Positions 45,280 through 55,550 of a stretch of 64,000 nucleotides of DNA are shown here, in pieces. The notes under the pieces were generated by a model. It saw nothing but the letters and a program-made list of their open reading frames with translations. It was not told the origin of the DNA and searched no databases. The stretch is from a virus. The stretch's first letter is position 1. The number at the start of each line of letters is the position of its first letter. The translations under genes were made by a program, and so were the position numbers. The stretch is from the IMG/VR virus record IMGVR_UViG_3300029199_000001; one strand, 5' to 3'.

Positions 45280-46736
45280 GCGGCTGATTTATCCTCCGCC
45301 TTACTGGCGCCGGCCGCTTTCTCCATCTTCAGGTTGGCTTTCTCTTCCTTGCTCAGCCACCACGGGACGTATTTACCAATCCGCATCTCCAGCAGGTCTT
45401 TTGTGGAAAGGTATTTCCGTGGATGTTCCTTGAGCTCTTCATCAAACACCCAATACCCCCGAGTTTCCAGCAGCGTGTCCCAGTTGTACCCCATGGCAGT
45501 CAGATCGTCGTAGAGGGTCTTGGGGTCACAGAGCAGACCCGGGTCCATGTCGCGATGGAACTGGATCAACTGCAACAGTTCCGCCGTGATCTGAACCGCA
45601 CGACGCAGGCGGTAGTCTTTGTTCAGCTTCTGACGCACGGTGGTGCGACTGAGTTTCACATCCGGAAGCAGTTCCATGTAATAGTTCTGCAGGTTACCGC
45701 CCAGCCCAAACCGGTCGGTGTCCTTGCAATAATGGAACTCGGACAGTGAGGCCAATACCCCTTCGGATTGAGACACGATGATGTCGATGGGGAAGCCAGA
45801 CAGCCCGTTCTTCCCACGAATGTTCATCATGGTGAGGATGGAGAGGTCGGTGTCACCTTTCATGGCTTCGGAGTTGTCCCACGGGTACTCCGGCATCTTG
45901 TCTTTGTTCTGCAGCGGCTTGTTGGCGGTGATCATCCACACGTTGTTGGGCAGCGAGTAGAACCCCCCGGACACACCTTCGAGCACCGTGTCCTTTTTCA
46001 TGTAAGACAGGTTCCGTTTGTCGGTCGGGTACATCTCCATGTTGATCACGTCTTTTACGTGCGCGGTCAGGAACAGGTAGGTGCCGGTACGGGCACAAAT
46101 CTGCGGTAGTTGGTTGAACATCTGCTTCTTGGCCCGACCGTTGTTCATGGCTTCGGTGTTCATGCCCGACTCACCAATGACGTTCTTGTCGTAGATGTCT
46201 TCCACCGCTTTCACGGTCATCCGCGACAGGGAGTCGATCATGCCACCGGACGGGTAGAGTGCAGTGCGCGGTTTGCCGTGCATATCCACAAACGGGGTGG
46301 TACCCAAATGGGATTTCTCATCCTTGGTCTTCTCGTTCACGGTCTTGCGGAACAAGTCAAAGAACTCGTCCCCGGTGTACTGGGAGATGTCCGTGAAGGC
46401 GAACTGTTCGTCTTCGGTGTAATCGATTTCAGAGAGGTACTCGTCGTTCTTGGAAACGGCGGTGAAACGACCTACGGGATACAGTGTCCCCTCAGAGTCG
46501 TAGGTGATCGCGTGCGAGTGATGACACGAGCGTCGGAGCATAGCCATGCAGTACACCGCCAGCGCCGTCTTGAAGTTGTTGGGTCGAGCACAGATCCCCG
46601 TGATCCCGGAGATGCCCCCGTTAAGGATGTTCTCACCGTGAATCCCGCGCTCGTACTTACCGGTACTAACGTCCATTAAACAACCAACGTTGATGGCTGG
46701 TCGAAACCGTGGTTTTGCAAATGCTTTGTTAAACAT
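45276..46736 (-). CDS. uvsX: UvsX/RecA-like recombinase (phiKZ gp152-like)
   Basis: ARPNNFKT Walker A variant, YDSEGT, MIDSLS and FLTAH motifs. Confidence 0.82.
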   Translation of the reverse strand: MFNKAFAKPRFRPAINVGCLMDVSTGKYERGIHGENILNGGISGITGICARPNNFKTALAVYCMAMLRRSCHHSHAITYDSEGTLYPVGRFTAVSKNDEYLSEIDYTEDEQFAFTDISQYTGDEFFDLFRKTVNEKTKDEKSHLGTTPFVDMHGKPRTALYPSGGMIDSLSRMTVKAVEDIYDKNVIGESGMNTEAMNNGRAKKQMFNQLPQICARTGTYLFLTAHVKDVINMEMYPTDKRNLSYMKKDTVLEGVSGGFYSLPNNVWMITANKPLQNKDKMPEYPWDNSEAMKGDTDLSILTMMNIRGKNGLSGFPIDIIVSQSEGVLASLSEFHYCKDTDRFGLGGNLQNYYMELLPDVKLSRTTVRQKLNKDYRLRRAVQITAELLQLIQFHRDMDPGLLCDPKTLYDDLTAMGYNWDTLLETRGYWVFDEELKEHPRKYLSTKDLLEMRIGKYVPWWLSKEEKANLKMEKAAGASKAEDKSAA

Positions 46737-46917
46737 AGACAGTGCTTCTTATCCGGTTGAGTGTTAATAGGAAAAGGCGCTTCTGTGAGCATACAGTCAC
46801 TTCATTGGGCCTTCAGGTGGTTTTTTCTGCCATGGGTTAACTTCTTATTATGGGAACATTCTATGACACAATACTCGTGACCCCGCGTCACCACCCACCT
46901 GCTGAATAGGTTTTACT

Positions 46918-47775
46918 ATGTCCGAGATCAACAACCCACAAATCCCAGCCATCGAGACTCTGGAAATTCAGCGTCTGGTGGAATCTTGTCAAACCGTTTC
47001 CAACGAGGCATTCGCCGTATCCGACATCGGAAAGGTGGTGTCTGAGCGTTTGCCCAAACTCAGTGCGGCCCTGAAGGACGCGTTCCGTTTCATGACCACG
47101 TGGGACTTCAGTCGCCCGGAAGGTCTGAACGCCATGTCAATCAGCGGCATCCTGCGCAAGAACCATTATACCGATTTTGCCGACGTGCGTGTGGCCAAAC
47201 CGGTGGCGTTTACGGGGAATCTTCACCAGTACTGCAAAGAATTGGACACCGAACGTCTCGAAGCGCTCATCGCCATCCGTGAGAACGTCCTCAAAGCCTG
47301 TCGGAAGCGTTTTGCGTACTACCTGAACGACCTGGACAACCTCGACGAAAAACGCGTTGAGGAAGGCATCATGGCCTTGAATCGCGACCTGCTGAATAAA
47401 CACATCGAAGCCGAGGCTCGGTGGCACATCGAAGGCAACCGCAGTAACGAGGCTAACTTCGGTGAGTTGTTTGAAAACAACAAACAGTGCGTTGAAGCCA
47501 TGACGCACATCAATCAAGTGAACAAGGTCCGGTGGGCCAAAGCCAACCCCAAGGACGTCCAGAAAGACACCCAAGCGTTGGTGAAGATTGCCGAGTCGTT
47601 GTTCGGTGCCATCAAGAAACGCGGCAACGTCAGTAAGCAAGTACTGAAAGCCCTCGCCGACGAGCTGGAATTGGCCGGTCGTTGGGTGGAGTGGTATTCG
47701 GTGCAGGTGACCCGAATCATCGACACCACCACCGCACTGAAACACATGGAACGGACACTGATTCGCATTGGCTGA
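46918..47775 (+). CDS. virion (head) protein (gp153-like) with possible propeptide
   Basis: VSNE|AF processing-type motif; synteny. Confidence 0.6.
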   Translation: MSEINNPQIPAIETLEIQRLVESCQTVSNEAFAVSDIGKVVSERLPKLSAALKDAFRFMTTWDFSRPEGLNAMSISGILRKNHYTDFADVRVAKPVAFTGNLHQYCKELDTERLEALIAIRENVLKACRKRFAYYLNDLDNLDEKRVEEGIMALNRDLLNKHIEAEARWHIEGNRSNEANFGELFENNKQCVEAMTHINQVNKVRWAKANPKDVQKDTQALVKIAESLFGAIKKRGNVSKQVLKALADELELAGRWVEWYSVQVTRIIDTTTALKHMERTLIRIG

Positions 47776-47780
47776 TTTGC

Positions 47781-47819
47781 GACATAAGAGGACTCCCCAC
47801 ACGAGGGGAGTCCTTTATG
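47781..47819. terminator. bidirectional hairpin, GACATAA/TTATG-flanked
   Basis: AGGACTCCCC/GGGGAGTCCT. Confidence 0.75.
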
Positions 47820-47836
47820 ACGTCTTCATCGAACGT

Positions 47837-48253
47837 TCATCCCACAGCCATGGTCTTTCGCTCCACGCAGTATAAGATCAGATCTTGAATGTCTTTACGG
47901 CGAGTTTCTTGGTCTGCATACCAAAGCCAACACGGGGTTTTCTTCACCAATCGCATCACGTAAGAATCCACGCGGTCAAGATTCACACGTTCCAGCGGTA
48001 AAGTGTTCCCCCACACCCACGTCGAGAACAACGTAGGCGTTCGTAAAGCTCTGGTGTCTCTACTGAGATCCAGGTTTTCGTTCAGCTCCTTGAGTTCTTC
48101 CAGGTCATCTTCGTCGCAGCGCATGAGTCGTGCGTACAGGGATGACAGTACAAACATGCGCTTGCATCGATCGTTTGCATTGGACCAGAGGTAAAACCAC
48201 AAATGTAGAAGGACGTTGTAGAATCCTCTTATTACAGAAGGTTTCGATGACAT
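47837..48253 (-). CDS. hypothetical protein (138 aa)
   Basis: Follows the RNase H gene. Confidence 0.65.
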   Translation of the reverse strand: MSSKPSVIRGFYNVLLHLWFYLWSNANDRCKRMFVLSSLYARLMRCDEDDLEELKELNENLDLSRDTRALRTPTLFSTWVWGNTLPLERVNLDRVDSYVMRLVKKTPCWLWYADQETRRKDIQDLILYCVERKTMAVG

Positions 48254-48270
48254 GACAAGTGCCTATGGGT

Positions 48271-49758
48271 TTATTTGGTTAACGGGAGAACGAACTGGGT
48301 ATACGGCGACTGGTAGATGGCATTACCGTCGTCCGTTTCGAACACGACCGCAAACGAGTACGCCGCTGGTCCTGTTGCGACGACCAACGCACTGACCTTG
48401 GGATTGAGTTCAGCAATCCGTGACAGTGGGTTGCGTTGCGGGATGTCCACACCCAATACCAACCGAATGTTCAGTTTCTGGTCTTTGAACTCGACCGGAA
48501 CTTCAATGTACGGTAGGTTGTTCGTAATGTGTTTATGAAGTTTTACCTTAGTCTTTTTGTTACCATTTTTCTCCTCCGCATAAAATGCATCGGTGATGTC
48601 TTTGGTGGTAACGCTCCGACCGGACTTCCCGGCCAGATGTTTCTCCAGACGCTCTTGAAGAATGGCAAACTGACTCACAGCTTCCCGAGCCAAACGGGGC
48701 GGGTCTAAGGTTTTGGTGACCAAATCCTCATGCGGGGTCACCAAGCTGTGATTAACCTTGCGTCCAATCAAACTCATCCCACCCAGTTGTCGCAGGCGTT
48801 GTTGAACCGATGCTTTGTAGGCATTGTCCAAACGTGCTACGGCCAGCTCGATGGTTTCCTTTTTATGTGTGTCGCTGTGCATTTCCATCAACGACTCCAG
48901 AAACTCGTCCTGTTCTGGGGTTTGAAGGACACAAAACGTGGCATCTGCAATTCGACGGCCCAACAAAAGATCGCTCTTATTGTGTCGCTCTATCACAGTG
49001 TCATGTTGTTTCACACCATAGGTTTGCATGCGACCGAGCTGGTAGAGGTAATACGTATTACTCTCAGGCCGTTCGGTAGTACCGTCCCCACCCATGTTGA
49101 ACAACATCCGTGTCTTCATGATCAAGGGGTTGGCGTCCGGCAATTTGGCCGCGTACTCCTCGGCCGGGGTTTCCTTAAACCGATAGCGCCGTTGAGACTT
49201 GCTGGCGGTTTTAGCGTTCGCATCCGCTGCGTCGTTGCCGGGTTCCCCAGAGTGACCTTTGACCCACACGAGGTCCAAGGTCCGGTCAGCGGCCTTCCAT
49301 TCCCGCTCCACATCCAACAGTTCTTTCCAGTAGTCTTGGTTGGCCACTGGTTGCCCGTCGGATTTGGTCCAGTTGTTCTTCTGCCATGTATTCACGTACT
49401 TGGTCAGACCTTTGCGCACGTATTCACTGTCGGACATAATGTGCAGGTGCGTGACCGGATACCGCATGGCCAGTCGGATCGCCTCGATGACGGCTTGTAG
49501 CTCGGCGGTGTTGTTGGTGGGGTTGGTTTCAACCCGACCGTAACAGTCAATGTAGACAACCGGCGTGACCGTCTGATCCAACTCTTTGGTTTCCAAATAT
49601 CCTTTTTCACTTGGTAGAAATTTACCTTTGGGTTTCTTCACGAGCGGTTCGGGGGTGAAGGTATACCCATGCAGACCCCAACCCGCGCGACGCGGTAGGA
49701 AACTGCCATCGGCATACAGAACCAATCCCAAACCTTTGTTTTCATTGGTATCAGTCAA
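48271..49758 (-). CDS. rnhA: ribonuclease HI with C-terminal extension (gp155-like)
   Basis: LYADGS, TNNTAELQA, SDSEYV and WVKGHSGEPGNDAAD motifs. Confidence 0.93.
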   Translation of the reverse strand: MTDTNENKGLGLVLYADGSFLPRRAGWGLHGYTFTPEPLVKKPKGKFLPSEKGYLETKELDQTVTPVVYIDCYGRVETNPTNNTAELQAVIEAIRLAMRYPVTHLHIMSDSEYVRKGLTKYVNTWQKNNWTKSDGQPVANQDYWKELLDVEREWKAADRTLDLVWVKGHSGEPGNDAADANAKTASKSQRRYRFKETPAEEYAAKLPDANPLIMKTRMLFNMGGDGTTERPESNTYYLYQLGRMQTYGVKQHDTVIERHNKSDLLLGRRIADATFCVLQTPEQDEFLESLMEMHSDTHKKETIELAVARLDNAYKASVQQRLRQLGGMSLIGRKVNHSLVTPHEDLVTKTLDPPRLAREAVSQFAILQERLEKHLAGKSGRSVTTKDITDAFYAEEKNGNKKTKVKLHKHITNNLPYIEVPVEFKDQKLNIRLVLGVDIPQRNPLSRIAELNPKVSALVVATGPAAYSFAVVFETDDGNAIYQSPYTQFVLPLTK

Positions 49759-49817
49759 AACAACGTTATCCTTTTCTTATGGTGAACCTGCTACACCATA
49801 ACGCCCGATGGTAATAT

Positions 49818-50225
49818 TTACGGATTACACGCTTCACGCAGGGCGGTGTGGTACTCTTGTTCCCGTTTCCGTTCGGCTTCAATGAACTCACGCAGCAGTA
49901 CGACGTGGTTGGCCAGCACCTCGGTGACTTTCTTATCACTGTCGACCGTGGGGTTAACCAGTTGAAGCGGTTCGGGAATGGGAACTTTTGGTGGTTTGGG
50001 TGGTATTACACAACCACCGTTAGTTGTGGGTGGATTGGGAATCACTGCAGGTCGTGATTCGCTCTGTAAGGTAAACGTGGGTGATGTGTCGAGATCCGTT
50101 TGGAGACGGTCGGATTGGGCGAGGTAAAGTTTGGGGGTGTACCCCACGTGCACGGTACACCCACCCAATGCCAACAACACAACACCGCTGAGTAATCCAA
50201 TACGGTGCAGCATGGTAAACTCCAT
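49818..50225 (-). CDS. lipoprotein, putative o-spanin
   Basis: Lipobox LALGG|C; Pro-rich region; C-terminal helix. Confidence 0.55.
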   Translation of the reverse strand: MEFTMLHRIGLLSGVVLLALGGCTVHVGYTPKLYLAQSDRLQTDLDTSPTFTLQSESRPAVIPNPPTTNGGCVIPPKPPKVPIPEPLQLVNPTVDSDKKVTEVLANHVVLLREFIEAERKREQEYHTALREACNP

Positions 50226-50228
50226 GTT

Positions 50229-50567
50229 TTATCCTTCGATGTCCAGCAGTTCTAGGACCGGACTCTTATCGAACGGCGGTTCTTCGTCTTTTTCTATTAC
50301 AGGCGAATTGACACCTGGAACCACCGGTGTTCGACAGCGCTTTTGGAGTTGACTCAATTCTTGCTCCCGTGCTTGAAGAACCACTTTCGTTTCAGAAAGT
50401 TCGTTCAACGTCACGTAAAACATCAAAGCCACCACCACCAACACTACGAACATGCCAGTGAACTGCTTATTATCGCTCAACACTTCCATGGCTGAACGGT
50501 CTTTAAAGATCAGGGCTTTGAAGAAAGGCCAGACCACCACAAGGGCTTTTAGTATGGTTGATAACAT
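50229..50567 (-). CDS. membrane protein, putative i-spanin
   Basis: TM segment followed by a coiled coil ending in Cys; directly upstream of the lipoprotein. Confidence 0.5.
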   Translation of the reverse strand: MLSTILKALVVVWPFFKALIFKDRSAMEVLSDNKQFTGMFVVLVVVALMFYVTLNELSETKVVLQAREQELSQLQKRCRTPVVPGVNSPVIEKDEEPPFDKSPVLELLDIEG

Positions 50568-50776
50568 GCACTACCTCGTGACAGTTGTCATGTTGTGATA
50601 CTACTCCTACCTTAGGCCGTCACGAAGGTCTTTTCACATTTACGGTAGGTAACAGCGCTAAACTCCCGATATTGCTATTAGGAACGAACCGACGACCGGG
50701 GGTTAACTCCCGCATCGCCCGTTGATTTTATAGGAACTCGCAATCGATTTCAACCTTTATTAAAGGAAAAATAGGC

Positions 50777-52096
50777 ATGTTTGTACTGAAAGGGTTTTTC
50801 AGCTATTCGACGTTGGTCGATAACACACGTGATGCAGTCGCCCGTTTTGGCGAACTTTCCACGCATTCATCCACCTATGCCAAAGACAAAACGTACCACA
50901 CCGATGAACAAGCTCCAGTAACGACTCTTGTTTCGTTTCATAGCGTAAAGGACAACCAACCAGTTAACCCGAACATGACGTTGGTGACCCGTATACTGAC
51001 GCTGGGTCAGTACATTTACGACCGGGCCAACGAGCAGTCAATCAGCAGTGACCGAACCGCTTTTCTGCAGATGGTCAAGGCTGAATTTGCTGATCAAATA
51101 GCCGATTTCACATTTGGCCCGTTGGAGCGTTCGGACGGTCTTTGGATGCCCACTTGGGTCAGCTTTACCGATTCGCAGCTCGGTGAAGAAAACTACATTT
51201 CGGTCTGGCTGTCCGACGCGGCCTTCCGGTACCAATACGACGAATCTCAGATTGAAGTCATCCCACCGTTTACCCCAATTGATGATTTCTTCTTGGACCC
51301 GGTGCGGGTACAGCAACGGTTGAATCAGTTCGACTTGGTGGAGAAACTGGGTGAGGTGGAAATCACTCGGGGTGAGTACCCATACACGGACCTGAAAGCG
51401 CTGCGCTTTAATTACGTGGACCCCAACGACACCGGTTGGGAAATCCCGACCGAGTGGTTGCTCATCATTTATGGTCCAGCGGGTAATAACCCCGACAAGA
51501 TGAAACAGGCGATTGTCGATTACATCTTGGCTAACAGCGAGTACGGTGAAGATGACTGGTCCAAGATCCTACCTGAGATCTTCATCACCACTGAGTTTGT
51601 GATCACACCGTTCTGGACTCATTACGGCGTACCCAACCGTGAACTGAAAGCGGGTATCTACAGTCCTACGGTGAAGCCAAAAGACATCACCAGCCTGTTA
51701 CGGAAGACCACACTGGGACCGCAGTATAACGATGCGTGGATCAACAACGAGTACGAGCTTTCAAACCTATTGTACAAGTCGCTGGCATTTGGGGTTGTGG
51801 GTAACCCACAAAACCAGGACGGCATTACCAGCTTTTACAGTAAGTTTGAGGACTACCTCATTGTCTCTAACGAATCTTCCGATTACAACCGGATGCAACC
51901 GCGCACTCAAGAGTTCTTTACCCTGTTGAGTGAAGCGGTCAAAATCGCAGAGACTCTGAGTCCGACCAGCGAGCTCCCAGTGACCATGAATCGGATCACC
52001 CGGGGCGGTGTTTCGTATGTTATTTTCCCATACGAAAATGCGAACTACCTGATTGTGGGTAAGCCAACGGTAGAAGAGTTGACAGGTAATGGTTAA
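50777..52096 (+). CDS. virion structural protein (gp157-like, 439 aa)
   Basis: AAAGGA RBS; FGELST..TYAKD segment recalled from phiKZ-like structural proteins. Confidence 0.65.
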   Translation: MFVLKGFFSYSTLVDNTRDAVARFGELSTHSSTYAKDKTYHTDEQAPVTTLVSFHSVKDNQPVNPNMTLVTRILTLGQYIYDRANEQSISSDRTAFLQMVKAEFADQIADFTFGPLERSDGLWMPTWVSFTDSQLGEENYISVWLSDAAFRYQYDESQIEVIPPFTPIDDFFLDPVRVQQRLNQFDLVEKLGEVEITRGEYPYTDLKALRFNYVDPNDTGWEIPTEWLLIIYGPAGNNPDKMKQAIVDYILANSEYGEDDWSKILPEIFITTEFVITPFWTHYGVPNRELKAGIYSPTVKPKDITSLLRKTTLGPQYNDAWINNEYELSNLLYKSLAFGVVGNPQNQDGITSFYSKFEDYLIVSNESSDYNRMQPRTQEFFTLLSEAVKIAETLSPTSELPVTMNRITRGGVSYVIFPYENANYLIVGKPTVEELTGNG

Positions 52097-52137
52097 AGAG
52101 TTTGGTAGTTGGTTTTGTTGGACAAAATAACATTATA

Positions 52138-52160
52138 AAGGGGGAGCGAAAGCCCCCTTT
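52138..52160. terminator. hairpin terminator
   Basis: AAAGGGGG...CCCCCTTT. Confidence 0.65.
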
Positions 52161-52226
52161 ATAATTCTCAAACAACATGCCGGCGATAGTTGTTATTTTT
52201 TTTTGAAAACCAAGTGAGGTATTAAC

Positions 52227-53288
52227 ATGACCGTGGTTGCCGCGTTAAAACGGTTTGCCACCGCGTTCAACCAACGAACCACCTTGCCAGTAAATACCAA
52301 GAACCAGGTATTGGCCATGAAGGACGGTGTGTTCAAACCGAGACCGGTGGTTAATCAACTGGGCATCATTGAAACCGATGAGGAATTGGCCCTACAGCAG
52401 GAGCAAAAAGAATCATTTGACGTGGTGTTTAATCAATGGCAACGGTTCGCCCGAAAAGGGGATGAGAACCCTAATAACCCATACGACGATGAGGCGTACC
52501 CCAGCGAATTGACTTCATGGTCGTATGACGCCGACAATGACCGAATTCGGAGTACGGTAAACTCAGTAAGTTTCATTGGGTTTATCTCCAATCAACGGTA
52601 CAACAACTACACGTTGGAAACCATCCTGCGTTCATCGAACAACGATGACGATTACATCGGGTTGGTCATAGCGCACGCAACGGACGTGAATGGCCGAACC
52701 CATACCTTGGATGTCATGCGTTCGTTGATGGGTGCAGCCCCTATGGGGATTTTAAAAGACCGGGGGATTGATAACCTAGTAATCCGTAATGTATTCAGTG
52801 GATTGAAGTGGCCCGATGGTAGTACTGCGACCGGGTCGTTTGCAGGCAACCAAAACTCAGGCGCTTACGGGTGGGGTAATTGGCCTAACGGTATCCGATT
52901 GAAAGTCACTCGCGAAGACGACATCATTACCATCGAAACCAGCCAGATCAACTCGACGGTTTATTATGAGCCAGCAAAAACAGTCATTGATCTTACCTCC
53001 GACCCTGAATTGGCGGTTTTCCGTGGGCCCCAGCGGTACGGGTACGCATGCCAATCGCAGGCCGGTAGTACGTGGGATGTATTGCAACGCGCCGGGGACC
53101 GCATGTCGATCTTGGATCTCAGGACCATGACTCAGTACGATTACGTAGACGGGTCATGGCAGCCTAAGTCCACAACGGTTGCCGATCTGGTCACCACCGG
53201 TAAGTTGATTCCTAACTGGATGCATCATAACCCCACCACTGGGAAATACTTTTACGTTGACCCAGCTAACAACATCCTAAGACTGTGA
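52227..53288 (+). CDS. putative tail fibre protein with lectin-like beta-sandwich
   Basis: NDDDYIG motif; paralogue of 53704-54834; GAGG RBS. Confidence 0.6.
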   Translation: MTVVAALKRFATAFNQRTTLPVNTKNQVLAMKDGVFKPRPVVNQLGIIETDEELALQQEQKESFDVVFNQWQRFARKGDENPNNPYDDEAYPSELTSWSYDADNDRIRSTVNSVSFIGFISNQRYNNYTLETILRSSNNDDDYIGLVIAHATDVNGRTHTLDVMRSLMGAAPMGILKDRGIDNLVIRNVFSGLKWPDGSTATGSFAGNQNSGAYGWGNWPNGIRLKVTREDDIITIETSQINSTVYYEPAKTVIDLTSDPELAVFRGPQRYGYACQSQAGSTWDVLQRAGDRMSILDLRTMTQYDYVDGSWQPKSTTVADLVTTGKLIPNWMHHNPTTGKYFYVDPANNILRL

Positions 53289-53295
53289 GGCGAAC

Positions 53296-53688
53296 ATGTC
53301 ATTAAAACAATCGGTTCGACGATGGCTGGATCTGGTGGTGGGTCGTTTCCTATCGCTTCCGGCCAATGGTAGTTTGGTTCACGCGGTAGGTGGTAGCAGT
53401 GGTTTGATTATGACCGAAGCCTATCCGGTCAGTTCGTTGGCGGTCGCTGAGACTGACTCCGATATCAACACCCTCCGCCAAACACAGACGCAGTTCATCG
53501 ACATGCGAACAACTGAGCTGTGGGTACTCACGGCAGGGACATGGTCGGTATCGACCTATGGCGGTGATCAGACTTTCCTTCGGGCCAACACGTTGTGCTA
53601 TTCTACCCCCACCGGTAAGATGTATTACTGCGACAGTTATTTACGACTGAGTCGGGTGAACCTCACAACCGGGTCCAACCCAATGTAA
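53296..53688 (+). CDS. small tail-fibre-associated protein (130 aa)
   Basis: C-terminal STPTGKMYYCD resembles both neighbours. Confidence 0.55.
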   Translation: MSLKQSVRRWLDLVVGRFLSLPANGSLVHAVGGSSGLIMTEAYPVSSLAVAETDSDINTLRQTQTQFIDMRTTELWVLTAGTWSVSTYGGDQTFLRANTLCYSTPTGKMYYCDSYLRLSRVNLTTGSNPM

Positions 53689-53703
53689 CTCAAAGGTAAC
53701 AAC

Positions 53704-54834
53704 ATGGACATGACCACTCTACGGAACTCAGTGCTTGGTTATACCAGTAAAATACGAACGGTATTAGCCCGAGCATCGGGTCCGGTGAACAATGCCCTGT
53801 TTATTGATAACCATGATGGTCAGTTCTCTTTTTTGAACGACCCGTTGGTGAAGCAAACCACGGTGGTGAATAATAGTACAGATCTAGGGTATAGTAAAAC
53901 CACCCTTCAATCCAACGAATACGTTTTCAATAGTTGGCAGAAAATCTCCCGGGGTAACTGGCAGAACAATTCACCGACAAAAGCTGAGGTGGGTTTCAGT
54001 GATAACGCCATCCCTGGCGATCTGGCGGGCTTCACTTACGACGCGACCAACGATGTCATTAAGAACAGTGTCGATACCAAATCCATGGTTGGGTTTGTAT
54101 CGCCCGACGCGTATGAAGATTATGTATTGGACGTCACCTTGAAGTCAACCTCTACGTGGCAGAACGACCCGTTGGGGTTATTACTCGGCTACGTCCGTGA
54201 CCCAGATGGGACCACCCACACGTTGACTGTTTTCCGTTCGGTTTGGGACAACTATTCCGGCTTGGACTCGGCCATGCAGGTTGCCGTGGACTACAACACC
54301 ATTGGTGGTATTGTCATTGCCGAACAGAACGAAGGGTTGTTGTGGGTAGACGGAACTCCCGCCACGGGACCGGCCCCAACGAAAGAGAGTTTGGGTGGTA
54401 CGGCCCCATATGCAGTAAAACCCTGGGCGGAAGCACCGAACGGGATTCAACTGCGCGTCACCCGCAATGGTGACCAGTTCACCATCGAGACCAGTAATTA
54501 CGACGTACCTGGATTGGTCCCGGAAGCCACATTGACCTTCAGTTTGAACGACCATCCATCCTTGGCTCGCTTTAAAGGTCCGTCTCCTTATGGGTACGTG
54601 GCGATCTCGCAGGACAACGCAATCTGGGAAGCGCATCAACGCCCAGGCAATGCCTTGAGTGTTTACGACTTGCGTGATGGCAGTCGTCACGATTGGGATG
54701 GTCAGAGTTGGTCCGTGGTGGCCGGTAATCTGGACGACATTCTAAAACCGGGCCGGATGTGTTTCAGTACAACGACCCGAAAAGTCTTTTATCGCGACCA
54801 CAACGGCACTGTCCGTCAGGTCCTAAGAACATGA
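53704..54834 (+). CDS. putative tail fibre protein, paralogue of 52227-53288
   Basis: Shared YDA.ND, THTL.V.RS, PNGI.L.VTR, TIETS and F.GP..YGY blocks. Confidence 0.6.
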   Translation: MDMTTLRNSVLGYTSKIRTVLARASGPVNNALFIDNHDGQFSFLNDPLVKQTTVVNNSTDLGYSKTTLQSNEYVFNSWQKISRGNWQNNSPTKAEVGFSDNAIPGDLAGFTYDATNDVIKNSVDTKSMVGFVSPDAYEDYVLDVTLKSTSTWQNDPLGLLLGYVRDPDGTTHTLTVFRSVWDNYSGLDSAMQVAVDYNTIGGIVIAEQNEGLLWVDGTPATGPAPTKESLGGTAPYAVKPWAEAPNGIQLRVTRNGDQFTIETSNYDVPGLVPEATLTFSLNDHPSLARFKGPSPYGYVAISQDNAIWEAHQRPGNALSVYDLRDGSRHDWDGQSWSVVAGNLDDILKPGRMCFSTTTRKVFYRDHNGTVRQVLRT

Positions 54835-54841
54835 GGTTAAC

Positions 54842-55459
54842 ATGGCATCGATTATCCCAACGTTGGGGATGAAAGGGCGTTACAGTCTGAAGTCCCCATG
54901 GAACGCTTCGCCCGACACGCTGTACACGTGTGCGGCGATCCGCTACTTCGTGGACATTGAGAACCTTGGGTTCGATGTCTATGAAGACTACTACCAGCCC
55001 ATGGGGGTGGACCGGAACGTCTTTGAGAAAGACCGACGGGAAAAGGTGGCAATCGTCACACTGACGTCGGAGACCAGCGCCCCCATCTACGTGCCCAGTA
55101 GTTATATTGAAGCGATCCCCGATCTCTCGCATCGTAATTACCACCATGTGGTGCTCAGTGCGTCTTTGGGTCCCCTACCCGATTATATAGACTTAACCTT
55201 CTTGCAGGATCAAGTCGGTGCGGTGGTGTCAGACACCATCGGCATGCAACCAAAAGTGGAGTTGGGTGTTGCTCCCATGAAAGGGACCATCTCACCCGAA
55301 CAGCACGAGGTGTTGGAGACCGCGCGCGCGGCGGCCATCAGCAACCGCACCACGTCCCATGCCCGTGTGTTGGAGTTGTCGGAGAAAAACGCCCAACTCG
55401 AACAGCGTTTGGCCATCATGGAGCAGATCCTAAAAGACAATAATTTGATCCCAGAGTAA
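54842..55459 (+). CDS. conserved jumbo-phage virion protein (205 aa)
   Basis: GAGG RBS; C-terminal coiled coil. Confidence 0.6.
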   Translation: MASIIPTLGMKGRYSLKSPWNASPDTLYTCAAIRYFVDIENLGFDVYEDYYQPMGVDRNVFEKDRREKVAIVTLTSETSAPIYVPSSYIEAIPDLSHRNYHHVVLSASLGPLPDYIDLTFLQDQVGAVVSDTIGMQPKVELGVAPMKGTISPEQHEVLETARAAAISNRTTSHARVLELSEKNAQLEQRLAIMEQILKDNNLIPE

Positions 55460-55550
55460 CCAATGCTTTGGAATCATACATGCCCCCGGCCGGGCATTTC
55501 CTTTGGAGCATACAGCTCTATTTGTTACGTAGCAACGAGGAGTAATCCTA

